Origin: a bacterium
GTDB taxonomy: Bacteria > UBA8248 > JACPRG01 > G963555815
Assembly (NCBI GenBank): GCA_965218795.1
Contig: OZ244653.1
Span: forward strand, 4,192,001-4,256,000
Reading direction: 5' to 3'
DNA length: 64,000 bases
In this document: piece by piece, positions 39,488-49,597 of the stretch
How the letters are laid out: each line of letters starts with the position of its first letter
Position numbering within the stretch: position 1 is the first letter of the stretch
Translations under genes and position numbers: made by a program
The notes under the pieces: generated by a model
Told to the model about the DNA's origin: nothing
Seen by the model: only the letters and a program-made list of their open reading frames with translations
The model's database searches: none

Positions 39488-40912
39488 TTACGGTTTCTCC
39501 TCGACCGCGGTCACGCCCCTTTCCTTGTGCGTGCCCTTGATGAAGTTGTCCAGGATCAACCCGAGAACGGCCGCTACGGCCATCCCGCTGCCGGCCAGCG
39601 AGTTGACGATGTTCCCCAGTCCAACCCCGAAGACTTCGCGCATCCGCTTGGCGCCGTCAATTTTGAAAGGCGGCGCGCCGCTGATGTAAGCGGGCAGGCT
39701 CAGGCCCATGAACAGGATGAACCCCATGATCAGGAGGTTGCGGTCGGAATACAGGTCCGCCTTGGCTGCCTGCTGGATTCCGACGGCCGAGATGAGCCCG
39801 AAGAGCGCGCAGTAGAGCCCTCCGACCACGGGCGCCGGGACGGTGGCGATGATCGCGCCGAACTTCGATATCAACCCGACGATGATCAGGATGATCCCCG
39901 CCACGAGCGTCACACGGCGGGCGGCCACCCGCGTGATGCCGACCAGTCCGATGTTTTCCGAATAGCTCGTGCTGGAAAATCCGCCGAGAAGGCCGGTGAT
40001 GAAGCAGCCCAGCCCCTCGGACGCGATGCCGCGGTTCAATTGCTTGGTGGTCGGGGCGGGCGCCCGGGACATGGCGGCCACGGCGTGATAGTCGCCGAAG
40101 CTCTCAACCATCGAGGCCAGGTATCCGGCCAGGACGGCGAAGAAGAAGCCGATGTGAAACTTCGGCGCTCCCCACGGTAGGATGATGCTGTCCGTGCTCC
40201 ATTTGAACCAGGGCGCCCCGGCGACGGGCGCCCAATTGATATACGCGGGATGCTTGGGCCCGTACACTCCCGCGGCGGACAGGAGCAGGCAGAGCACCCA
40301 GACGACCAGGATCGCGCCGAAGATCGGAAACATCCTCAGGAGCAGGCTCTTCTTGGACCAAACCTGTGAGAAGAGGAAGATCAGGAGGATGGTGAGGATG
40401 GAGGTCGGCCAGTGAAGCCCGGCCTGGGGCGCCCCGACGGAAAACAGAGCCAGGCCGATGAGCATGATCACCGGCCCGATGACCACCGGTGTGAGAACCC
40501 TTCTCAGGTGGCCGACGAGCTTGCCCCATCCGATGGCCATCTCCACAATCGCGCCCAGCAGGATGGCCCCGGCGATGTACTGCATGGCCTCCGCCCCCTT
40601 GAACTGGCCCGCGATGGCGAAAAAAGCGGCCAGAAAGGAGAAAGACACGCCCTGGATGATGGGTAGCCGGCTTCCGATGGTGACCTGAAGAATGGTGGCG
40701 ATCCCCGAGCAGAGCATGACGGCGGTGACGAGGATGCCCACCTGGGCGTCGTTCATCCCGAGTGCGCCGCGAAGGATCAACGGTACGCTGACCGTCGCGC
40801 CGAACATCGTAAGAACGTGTTGTAAGCCGAAGACGATGGTTCTCCCCGTGGGCGGGACATCGTCTATCCCATAGAGTATCTGTCTGGGTTCTTCTTCGTG
40901 AGTATGCGCCAT
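39488..40912 (-). CDS. NCS2/NAT nucleobase (xanthine/uracil/purine) permease
   Basis: GLQHVL, GSRLPIIQG.SFSF, ESFGD and STSYSENIG...TRVAAR motifs; multiple TM helices. Confidence 0.93.
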   Translation of the reverse strand: MAHTHEEEPRQILYGIDDVPPTGRTIVFGLQHVLTMFGATVSVPLILRGALGMNDAQVGILVTAVMLCSGIATILQVTIGSRLPIIQGVSFSFLAAFFAIAGQFKGAEAMQYIAGAILLGAIVEMAIGWGKLVGHLRRVLTPVVIGPVIMLIGLALFSVGAPQAGLHWPTSILTILLIFLFSQVWSKKSLLLRMFPIFGAILVVWVLCLLLSAAGVYGPKHPAYINWAPVAGAPWFKWSTDSIILPWGAPKFHIGFFFAVLAGYLASMVESFGDYHAVAAMSRAPAPTTKQLNRGIASEGLGCFITGLLGGFSSTSYSENIGLVGITRVAARRVTLVAGIILIIVGLISKFGAIIATVPAPVVGGLYCALFGLISAVGIQQAAKADLYSDRNLLIMGFILFMGLSLPAYISGAPPFKIDGAKRMREVFGVGLGNIVNSLAGSGMAVAAVLGLILDNFIKGTHKERGVTAVEEKP

Positions 40913-41230
40913 CCTTTCCTCCCCCATCTTTCCGCGAAGGCCCGCGATGCGGCAACCGCGCGGATGATCCGAATCGTGTCACCGAATCAGAATTCCCATC
41001 GTTCCGGTCTAACAAACCGGCATCACGGGTGATGTTGAGGAAAACGGGGCGATTTCGCCGTCGATTCGAGAACCTTGAAGGACCGAACGGGCAGAACCGT
41101 TTTCCCAAACGAGACGTCTGGGAATGCAGGCAGGGAAGGCAAGGCAGTAAACCACTACCACTCTATACCAGACCCTATTTTACAAACGGAAGAACACCGT
41201 ATGTCAATAGACAATATGGGGATTTTTAAT

Positions 41231-41343
41231 GGAAATTATACGCTTGACTAGCCAGCCTTTTTTCTGGATTCCCGCTTCCGCGGGAATGACAGGCTGTTGT
41301 GCGGGGGCCTCGTTTGTCATTCCCGCGGAAGCGGGAATCCAGA
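41231..41343. repeat. Partial copy of the IS1595-type MITE end with two inverted GTCATTCCCGCGGAAGCGGGAATCCAG palindromes
   Basis: 41231-41290 nearly identical to the reverse complement of 49866-49926. Confidence 0.8.
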
Positions 41344-41919
41344 GTAATTCTGGGCAATTCCTGGGATTCTGGGGTTTGCTTCAGAGGGCATTTTTGCTTT
41401 TTGGGGGGACATTTTGGGCACTTGCGCGCCGGCCATTTCGCGGATGAGGATCTTTCTCAGAATCATGGCCTCTGTGGCGCACGTCCATGCGATTGCTTGA
41501 TGAGCAGGCATGCAAGTGCATCAAGCTGACACGATGTGTCCCCCCCAACCCCCGCAAAAACTTTCATTTCGCGATGTTCATTTCGCGAGCAGGCCGATCA
41601 TTCGCTCGGCCGGGTGGGGAGCGTCTTAGAAGAAGCCCCTCGCGAAATAACACTTCGGTAATTCAAGATGAAAAAACCTGGATCGGATTCCTCGTTTGTG
41701 CCTGTGGCCCTCGCCCGAAATGACAGCCTGTGGCAGTCATAGACCGTTACAACGGTCATTCCCAAAGAAGTTTATCGACCCTGTGAGAAAGCTGCACTCG
41801 CCGATCCCCCCGCGAATGGAATGCGACTGCTGACGATACTCCATGAATTTTTGACGCATTGAGGTTAGGATAGATTTTTTCAATACGGCCGAATATGAAT
41901 TCGAAGACGTGATTCCCAC

Positions 41920-43404
41920 ATGGACAAGACGGCCCGTATCGTTCAGGAGTTTTCCTTGCCGCGATTGGTCACAGCCGCCATCGCCGTTGCCGGGTTGATC
42001 GCCGTCGTACTGATGTGTCTGATATTCCTGGATCTCGGCGGACGGGCCGGGATTGCGACCGGGATTCTTCTCGCATACTTTGGCCTGGCGGCCATCGCTG
42101 TGTCGGCGGTGTACGTTTTCCTGTGGATATTTTTGGAGGGCAGGGTCTTCCGGCCCCTTCTCCATCTCCTTCGCCAAGGCGTTACGGCCGACGGGCCGGG
42201 GCGTGGCTGGAAGAGACGACTTGACGCGGGAAGGGCGGGATTGGAGCCAATCGCGGGGGAGGTCGACCGTCTGCACAAGGATCTGGCGTCAGCGCGAAGA
42301 CAGACGGCTGAAACGGTCAGGCAGGCGGTGGCCGAAGGCGAAGGCCAGCGCCACCGGCTGGAATCGATCCTCAGGGACCTCAGCGAGGGCGTTCTGGTTT
42401 GCAATCTGGAACATCAGGTTCTGTTGTACAACCGGTCGGCTCTATGGCTACTGTCCGGGGCGGGAGAGATGGGAATCGGTCGCCCTCTGGAGGGGATTTT
42501 GGACCCGGCGCCGGTCCAAGAGGCGCTTTACGTTCTGCTGGAGTCGCAGCGTGAATCCGCATCCGGGGAGGGTTATGCGGGTACGGTTTCGCTGGCCTGT
42601 ATCGTTTCGGAGGAAGGCCACTCCCTTCCCGCGAGAATGACCCTCACCTTCGACGGGGAGGGTCTGCCGGACGGATATGTCCTCACGCTCGAAACGAGAG
42701 CCGACCCCGACCGGGATTTTACACCCCCGGTCTTGTCGGAATTTTATGATTTCGGATTATTCTCCCGGCCTCTTGCTGCGCCGACAAAGGCCGAAGCTCA
42801 GCTATCGGGTCTCAGCTACGTCGTCTTCGACCTGGAGACCACAGGTCTGTCGCCTTCCGAGGGCGACCGCATCGTATCCATCGCGGGTGTTCGGGTCGTC
42901 AAAGGCCGTGTGTTGCGGAGTGAGGTCTTTCATTCCTTCGTCAACCCCGGCTGCCCGATCTCCATATCGGCCATCCGTGTGCACGGAATCACGGACGGGG
43001 CTGTGGTCGACGCGCCCGTGATGGAAGACGTCCTCCCGCGCTTTCGGCAGTTCGTCGGCGAGTCCATCCTGGTGGCCCACAATGCAGGATTCGATATGAA
43101 CTTCTTGAACATGGAAGAAGGCAACGCCGGAGTTCGCTTCGATATGCCCGTTCTTGATACCATGCTTCTGTCGATGGCGATTCACGTGGACGCCGACGGT
43201 CACGGTCTGGACGTAGTGGGCGACCGATTCGGCGTGGAGATCCCTCCGGGCGAACGTCACACGGCCCTGGGCGATACGCTGGCCACCGCGGAGGTCTTCG
43301 TCCGGCAATTGGGTTTCTTGAAGGCGCGGGGTCTTCAGACGCTGGCCGATCTCAATGACCTGTCTCAAAAGCAGGCCAAAACCCAGCGCTTCGAACCTTC
43401 CTGA
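41920..43404 (+). CDS. Membrane-anchored PAS + DnaQ-like (DEDDh) 3'-5' exonuclease
   Basis: Two TMs; PAS-like LSEGVLVCN...LLYN; EFYDF linker; VFDLETTG, VAHNAGFD and RHTALGD motifs. Confidence 0.9.
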   Translation: MDKTARIVQEFSLPRLVTAAIAVAGLIAVVLMCLIFLDLGGRAGIATGILLAYFGLAAIAVSAVYVFLWIFLEGRVFRPLLHLLRQGVTADGPGRGWKRRLDAGRAGLEPIAGEVDRLHKDLASARRQTAETVRQAVAEGEGQRHRLESILRDLSEGVLVCNLEHQVLLYNRSALWLLSGAGEMGIGRPLEGILDPAPVQEALYVLLESQRESASGEGYAGTVSLACIVSEEGHSLPARMTLTFDGEGLPDGYVLTLETRADPDRDFTPPVLSEFYDFGLFSRPLAAPTKAEAQLSGLSYVVFDLETTGLSPSEGDRIVSIAGVRVVKGRVLRSEVFHSFVNPGCPISISAIRVHGITDGAVVDAPVMEDVLPRFRQFVGESILVAHNAGFDMNFLNMEEGNAGVRFDMPVLDTMLLSMAIHVDADGHGLDVVGDRFGVEIPPGERHTALGDTLATAEVFVRQLGFLKARGLQTLADLNDLSQKQAKTQRFEPS

Positions 43405-43419
43405 GCCGATGCCGTCCGA

Positions 43420-44219
43420 TCAGAAGATTTCGCCGGTGAATTCCATCCGGACCTTCTTTTGAAGCGAATCGACAGCCTTCAAAGACTCTCCCAAAAGTTT
43501 TTTCTGCCGCCTTGAAAGGTCGTGGGGGTGAACGAAGTTCCCGACTTTTTCCCCATCCCGGAAGTCGCGAAGCTGCTGCTGCAGGAGGAGTCCCGTAATC
43601 AGGGTGAAAGCGCCCCGCATATCGTCCGCCTCGTCATCGGTGAGGACGCCGGCCCGGTGAAGGGAATCGACGCGGCGAAGGGTGGGCGTCTCCTCGCTCC
43701 CGCCCCTCAGCGCCAAGAGTCGCACCGATCCCACCAGCGGCAGGAGCCCGCCGTGCTTGAGGTTGATCTCCCCCCGGTTTTCGGGCTGATCCCGTTCGGT
43801 GCGCAGGCGGCCGAATAACCCGAGGGCCACGTGGCGGTCCGCTTCCGCGGTGAACATTTCCTGGAGAACGACGGGGTTCTGCCGGCACAGACCGGCGACG
43901 TGGTCACGCAGGGACCGTGAGAGACGGCCGTCGCCGTAGACCGGCTGAAAGTCAAAGAAGATATCGCTCAACTGAGCCGCGAACGTAGTCCGCCTGGCGA
44001 ACCATCCGGTCGTTTGCGCGCGCCACTGGGACAAGGTTTTGCGCCATACGGGATTGGTGGCCATGATGTACCCTTTGCACACAGGGAATCCAACGGCGGC
44101 CAGGTCGCGGGTCATCCGCTCGGCCAGCTCGATGAAGAATCGGTCGATCCGCTCGTGCTCGTCGTCGGGGTAATCCGCAACGACAAACCCGTTGTCCTGG
44201 TCGGGGTACAGAAAATTTT
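43420..44219 (-). pseudogene. C-terminal half of a CBS/DUF294 nucleotidyltransferase gene, split by the IS1595 element
   Basis: LYPDQDNGF, GFPVCKGYIMATNPVW, IFFDF and NLKHGGLLP motifs; joins in frame to the N-half once the element is removed. Confidence 0.92.
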
Positions 44220-44271
44220 GGGAATTATATAGGAAAGTTGACGAAAATCAGCAAATAACTAAAAAGAAGAG

Positions 44272-44300
44272 TTGACAATATATCCGTTAAGCCCTATATT
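44272..44300 (+). promoter_or_regulatory. Sigma70 promoter of the transposase
   Basis: TTGACA, 17-nt spacer, TATATT, 28 nt upstream of the ATG. Confidence 0.75.
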
Positions 44301-44327
44301 ATATAGAAGAAAGGGGCAACGGATAGA

Positions 44328-45254
44328 ATGAAACGTATTGCAAAGACCATTGGCATTTTTGAACTGAATCAGAAATACTCCACAGACTACAAGGCCCGGA
44401 AATATTTCGAAGAACTCAGATGGGGCAAGAAGCCTGTCTGTGTCCGGTGCGGTTGTTTCAAGAAGATCACCAAACAGAAGAAGCATCCGGGCCGTTATTG
44501 GTGCGGAGATTGCCGGAAGTATTTCACGGCCTTCACGAATACGCCCCTCGAATATTCCAAGGTTTCCCCTCGTCAATGGATTCTGGCCGCCTACATGCTC
44601 ATGACGGCCCGCAAGGGCGTGAGCAGTTTGCAGTTGAGCAAGGAGCTTGATGTCACTCAGACCACGGCTTGGTACATCCTGCATCGGTTACGGCTTGCTT
44701 GCGGAGACAACATGGAAGCTCTGTCCGGGGCCGTTGAAGTCGATGAGGTCTATCTAGGCGGCCGGGAATCGAACAAGCACGAAAACAAGAAGCTGAAGCA
44801 AGGCCGAGGAACTGTCGGGAAAACCGCCATTCTCGGCATGCGTTCAAGAGATGGTCGGGTAAAGGCCCTTCCTGTTGAGCGGGTAAACGAAAAGACCTTA
44901 CAAGGGGCTATCGAGGCAAACGTTACGCCGGGGTCAACGGTCTATACGGATGACCACGGAGGCTATCTTGGCCTAGAAGCGGAATACGAACACAAGACCG
45001 TCAAGCATTCCGCGAAAGAGTTCGTCAACGGAATGGCCCACACGAACGGAATCGAGAGCGTTTGGGCCGTCATAAAGCGTGGGTACAACGGCGTTTACCA
45101 CAACTGGAGCCGAAAGCACACCAAAGCCTACGTTGATGAGTTCACCTTCCGGCTGAATGAAGGCTCATGCGAGATCGACACAGAAGATCGGCTAGCATCT
45201 CTGTTCGGCGCAATGGTTGGGAAGAAAATCACATTAGACGAATTGACCTCATGA
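44328..45254 (+). CDS. IS1595-family DDE transposase (intact)
   Basis: Zn-ribbon CVRC...CGDC; KGVSSLQL..ELDVTQTTAW HTH; VEVDEVY, VYTD, HTNGIESVW and YVDEFTFR motifs. Confidence 0.96.
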   Translation: MKRIAKTIGIFELNQKYSTDYKARKYFEELRWGKKPVCVRCGCFKKITKQKKHPGRYWCGDCRKYFTAFTNTPLEYSKVSPRQWILAAYMLMTARKGVSSLQLSKELDVTQTTAWYILHRLRLACGDNMEALSGAVEVDEVYLGGRESNKHENKKLKQGRGTVGKTAILGMRSRDGRVKALPVERVNEKTLQGAIEANVTPGSTVYTDDHGGYLGLEAEYEHKTVKHSAKEFVNGMAHTNGIESVWAVIKRGYNGVYHNWSRKHTKAYVDEFTFRLNEGSCEIDTEDRLASLFGAMVGKKITLDELTS

Positions 45255-45321
45255 GGATGTGACTAGTTAGATAGTCTTTTTACCCTTCAAGTCCGTCCCC
45301 GCTTCGGGTTTTTTGTCGCGC

Positions 45322-46284
45322 TCACACCTTCGGTTCCAATATGTTATCGCTATACGGTAGAGACCCCATCAATCGTTCCGTAAATGCCCAGTTCGCCTCG
45401 CCGATATCAGTCACTGGAAGCCGGATACTCGCATCGGCCATTCTTTCCAAATGCCATTTACGTCCATAGTTGAAACGATAACGCTCCATCCTAATCAATG
45501 TACAAACAAAAAGTCCAGACAACGCCGTCATCTTGAATCGAGGGTAGAGGACATTGACATCATCCGATGCCCAGAAGGGCACCGGTTGGTAAAAGGCCTC
45601 GGCCACGGAACCGTTGTAATTTACCGATATAGTATTGCCTTCATGGTTTGGCGTTACGTCAACAAATTCTCTGTAGCCGTTGTTTGAGTCAATGGCACCC
45701 ACGAACGGAACAGCGCCTTCCCCCATGTTGGCCCTAGTCAGCCGGCGCCCCTTCTTTATCTCAAAAATATCTCTGAGTCTGAATGTCCTCCAGTTGCGCA
45801 CATCCAACGCTATATCGTCTCTAGCGATACAAGCGCTCGTACACGATTCCAAGGAAACCCCACCTACCCATTTGGGAACAGCACAAGGATTGGGAATCAA
45901 AATATCATCAAACGCCTTGTTCGCTTCCCGACCATGAGACGTAAACCTGAATCGATTTGAGGATATAACCAGGCAATAGTACACCTTTTGGTTAAAAGTC
46001 ATGGGCCGTTTCGGTGTCAGCACTTTGATGTTTTGCGCTGTGTAGAACCTTTTCGGTTGCACAAATGCTGATAGCAGATAGGTACCACCGAGGGTTACTG
46101 TAATTAGACCGGCAGCATAAGGCGCGATCCCCGGAATTTTCTGCACTCGTCCATCCACCCCCAAATCAGAAGAGGATCGAGAAACAAAATTTATGCCCTC
46201 GGGGTCTTCGGTCATCTTGTTCTTGTTGAGCTGGTTCCCGTACTCTATGTCAAACAGCTCCTGTATTCTGTTTAGGTCAGTCAT
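45322..46284 (-). CDS. Restriction-modification specificity subunit (BcgI beta / HsdS-like, two TRDs)
   Basis: Two repeats: ELFDIEYG..INFVSR..AFVQP and DIFEIKKG..VPFVGA..NNG..AFYQP..YRFNYGRK. Confidence 0.85.
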   Translation of the reverse strand: MTDLNRIQELFDIEYGNQLNKNKMTEDPEGINFVSRSSSDLGVDGRVQKIPGIAPYAAGLITVTLGGTYLLSAFVQPKRFYTAQNIKVLTPKRPMTFNQKVYYCLVISSNRFRFTSHGREANKAFDDILIPNPCAVPKWVGGVSLESCTSACIARDDIALDVRNWRTFRLRDIFEIKKGRRLTRANMGEGAVPFVGAIDSNNGYREFVDVTPNHEGNTISVNYNGSVAEAFYQPVPFWASDDVNVLYPRFKMTALSGLFVCTLIRMERYRFNYGRKWHLERMADASIRLPVTDIGEANWAFTERLMGSLPYSDNILEPKV

Positions 46285-48132
46285 ACCTCACCTTGAATGC
46301 CACATACTCTCGCAATGCTTGCTTAAAATCCTCCTTTCCTAGTGTCGAATAATCAGTTTCCATATAAGCCTCCGCACACCATTCGTCGGAGGCGGTGATC
46401 GATCTCAAAATACTGAGCCCCGCGACACTCTCACGATTAAGGTAGCAGTTTAGCCACCCAGCCTTGATCGCATCCCACCTTCCTTCATCCACTCGGCCCA
46501 TGTGCTTTGTCTTGCGAAAGCCATCATTCTTGAAGTATCCGAAGAAGACCTTGTAATCCGATGGATGCGGTCGATGTGCCTGCAAGACCATAATGCAGGT
46601 TATCACACCGACTGGATGAAAGAGATCGCTTGGCATCGAGAACACGCTTAGCAATTGGTGCTTCTTGAGTAGCCGTTCACGAATTTGAACCGCCGCTGAG
46701 CCTGTTGACGTTGCACAGCTCATTTGCACGACAGCAGCGCAACGCCCACCTGCGTTCAAGGCACGATAGGGCATTCTCTATGAACTCCAGCTGTCCGTCC
46801 TCGCCTACATCGTATGGGGGATTCAGGAATGCCACTGTCGGAGTCAGCGTTTTGACTAGTTCAACATTGTCAAGAGAAAAGGAGTCCCCTTGATAAATGT
46901 GCGCCTTTCCGTCTCCGCTCATCATCATGTTCGAACACGCGTACGTAAACATATCAGTACGCTTTTCCATGCCGACAAGTTGGTTCTGCTTTATGTCGCT
47001 CTTCTTGTCTGCATCATTTCCTGCCAAGCCCGCCATCCGTTTCATCGCGGAAATCAAAAAACCACCGGTCCCACAACAACTATCGTAGACGACATCGTTG
47101 ACATTTAAGTTGACCACATCACCGACGAACTCTGTAATGTGCTGCGGCGTGAGTACTAGTCCTGTTTTCTTGTCTGTACCCGCATATCGTATAAATTCTC
47201 GATAGAATCTACCCAACACATCGTAACCCCTATCTCCCATAGAGATGAGAGGCAAGATAGACTTCTCCAGTCTTTTCGTCAGGCCTCGCAACACATAGTT
47301 GGGTTCTTCATCTGAGGATTGATTCTTTTTCTTTATCCTCTGTTCTTTGGCAATGGGATACGTCCGGATTTTTGAATACTCTCCCATCATTGAATTGGTT
47401 CGGGCAGTGTCGATGCCATTGTCTTCTAGGACGTTGCCAATACCTGTCATGATGGCTCGGGCCAGCCGCTGAGGCATCGGCTTTAGTTGTTTTGTAGCGG
47501 CTGTCGACTTGTAGGAGGCTTTGAAACTTTGGTTGTGGAGTGCAAGCAATAGCGCACTGACCAATGTACATCTCTCGTACTCTACTATGGAGTAAGAATT
47601 GAGTTCCACATTCAAATCAATTGCTGTCTTCGTTATTTCTCTGCTTTCTATGTTGCGTGCCTGTACATCGTCACGAAGGAAGCTAATGTAGGAAAAGACT
47701 GACAACAGTTTTGTGTCCGCCTCTTCTGCGGCCGTTTGGTTTTGCTTTTGATAAAATGAGGAAACCCTCATCGCATTGTGGCTAGTTCCACTTACCGCGA
47801 TGGCGATTACATTGTATTCTTGCGAGAGAAACGACGCATAGTGGAGAGCACCATCAACCGCGTAACCGGACGGATTGTTGCGGTTTTCACTCTCATGAAG
47901 TTTGGTATCCGCCTTACATTCAACAACAATTATGTCATCTGGAAGCGCCGGGATGCTAATTAGGAACTCAGGATACCCGATCTTTCCGGTTTTGTTCTTA
48001 GAAGCACGAGCCAAGCATTGCTTCGCTTTGGGAATGGAAGTCCTTTGTTCTTCTAACTTTATCGCAGTGAAAAGCGGATCGGTCTTGAAGTGATCTCGAA
48101 TAAACTCTTCCGTAAGTCTCTCGTTAAGGCAT
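46277..48132 (-). pseudogene. Fused endonuclease / N6-adenine methyltransferase (BcgI alpha-like), frameshifted at ~46760
   Basis: GYPEF..VVECK nuclease motif; YAVDGALHY; motif I DSCCGTGGFL; motif IV NPPY; remainder (GGRCAAVV, SMPSDLFHP, DGF) in another frame; start uncertain. Confidence 0.85.
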
Positions 48133-48304
48133 GATCGGAAACCAGATCCCGGTAGCGTAGCCGCTTTCCGACCATGCCCCGCTCCAACGTGGACATTTGG
48201 GCCACAGTGTCGAGATCCCGGATTCAAGGGGTTTGGCTAGTTAAGCGTATAATCTCCCACCAGAGCCTTGAAGCGACAGCCGTCTTCAATCCATGTCATT
48301 GAAT

Positions 48305-48490
48305 TCATTTGCTGCCGGTTTTGACTTCCTCGAAAACCGGCTGGCCATTCCTGAACGAGATTTTGAATGGTCGCTTTAGGTCTTCCTTGGTGGGCGGTGG
48401 AGGGTCTTCGTTGGGCCTCGGGGTGTAAAATATCCGCTCTGCCACCCTGTCTAGTTTCACTTGATCGGTGAGTTCTGGATCACCGTTCAT
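48305..48490 (-). CDS. Small hypothetical passenger protein, 61 aa
   Basis: AAGGAG RBS 7 nt upstream of ATG; TTGACA at 48569-48564; protein-like composition. Confidence 0.65.
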   Translation of the reverse strand: MNGDPELTDQVKLDRVAERIFYTPRPNEDPPPPTKEDLKRPFKISFRNGQPVFEEVKTGSK

Positions 48491-48512
48491 GGGCGGTCTC
48501 CTTCGCTTTCGG

Positions 48513-48550
48513 ATAGGGCACTATGCCCTATATAGGACCAATGGTCCTAT
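48513..48550. promoter_or_regulatory. Two abutting 19-bp palindromes (operator-like)
   Basis: ATAGGGCA-CTA-TGCCCTAT (48513-48531) and ATAGGACCA-A-TGGTCCTAT (48532-48550). Confidence 0.65.
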
Positions 48551-48650
48551 CCTGAAACGGAAATGTCAACCCCTAATCCATCCCCATTCAGGGGGGGGAT
48601 CGACCCACCCACCCTTCTTCTCCGCGTGTCAACTTTCCTATATAATTCCC

Positions 48651-49319
48651 AAAATTTTCGCCCCGTCCTCCAGACCCCATGACGATGGCTTCAAATTCGG
48701 CCGGAGGCCTCCCGAGCCCTTCACGGTGCATGTCGGACAGGGTCTGTTCGATGATCCGCCGGTAGATGTCGTTGTTGATATGGGTCAGCAGGGATTGCAC
48801 CTCGGGGGCGGGCAGATGATCCGTGAACCATTGCTCGGCCACCTCCACCTGCGCGGCCTTGACCTCGCGGAGACCGTCCAGCGTGCCCTCCTGCGTCAGC
48901 CGGTCGATCTGATCGATCATCTGCGACGCCGCGAAGGCGATGGCATCGTGCAGGTTGATGATGCCGACCGGTTGATTTCCTTCATCCACGACCGGCATGT
49001 GCCGGAGGTCGAACCGCCGCATCTTGGCGATCGCCCGGTAGAGATAATCGCTCCCCTTGATCGAACGGACGGGCGTGGTCATCACGGCCGTGATCGGCTC
49101 CGGGCCCTCGCAGCGGAGGGCGACCCGGCGGGTTACGTCCCGCTCGGTGAGGATTCCCACGAGACCTCGTTGAGAGTCGGCGACGAGCGCATGGCTGGCC
49201 CGATTCTCCGTCATGGCCGCCAGGGCCTCCCGGACAGTTGTATCGGGGGAAACGATCAGCGGACCGGGCCGAAAAAATTCATCGACCAGACAGGAGAAAA
49301 TCCGCGTTTGGGACTGCAT
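48651..49319 (-). pseudogene. N-terminal half of the CBS-pair/DUF294 nucleotidyltransferase gene
   Basis: CBS motifs GILTERD and LRHMPVVD; MGSGGRGENF at the insertion junction. Confidence 0.92.
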
Positions 49320-49597
49320 GGGCGATGATTCCCTCTCAATGGGGGAAGGGTCTCATGCAAATTCATCTCAATGCTTCCATGAATCAATACAGACGGATAT
49401 CCGGGCCCAACAGCCGGAGGGCCTTTCGTCTCGAAAAAACATTCTGAATTGCATGAGAGCGATCATCCCGAGTATCTACGACTTTTCTTCCATCCTGATA
49501 TATCAATGGCCCCGAAATCGTTCCTGTCCAAGCTGAATCATAGTATTTGGAATGAAAGTTTAGGGAATATACGCGAGATCATGTTGAAGTAATTTTT

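Larger units (their letters stand above)
44220..48650 (+). mobile_element. IS1595-family cargo-carrying transposon (tIS), 4,431 bp
   Basis: Perfect 23-bp TIRs GGGAATTATATAGGAAAGTTGAC (44220-44242 and 48628-48650); 8-bp TSD AAAATTTT (44212-44219 and 48651-48658); visibly lower GC. Confidence 0.96.

Noticed and set aside
40930-41160. Purine riboswitch upstream of the NCS2 permease
   Set aside because: No recognisable aptamer consensus by eye
41177-41207. Minus-strand TTGACA...TAAAAT promoter for the permease
   Set aside because: 19-nt spacing is suboptimal; not supported well enough to list
41920-43404. Calling this gene dnaQ (Pol III epsilon)
   Set aside because: TM and PAS domains plus DUF294/SSS context indicate the transporter-associated exonuclease family
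45322-48132. Type I R-M (hsdM/hsdS)
   Set aside because: No HsdR inside the element, and the methyltransferase has its own N-terminal nuclease motif, fitting a BcgI-like type IIB/IIG layout
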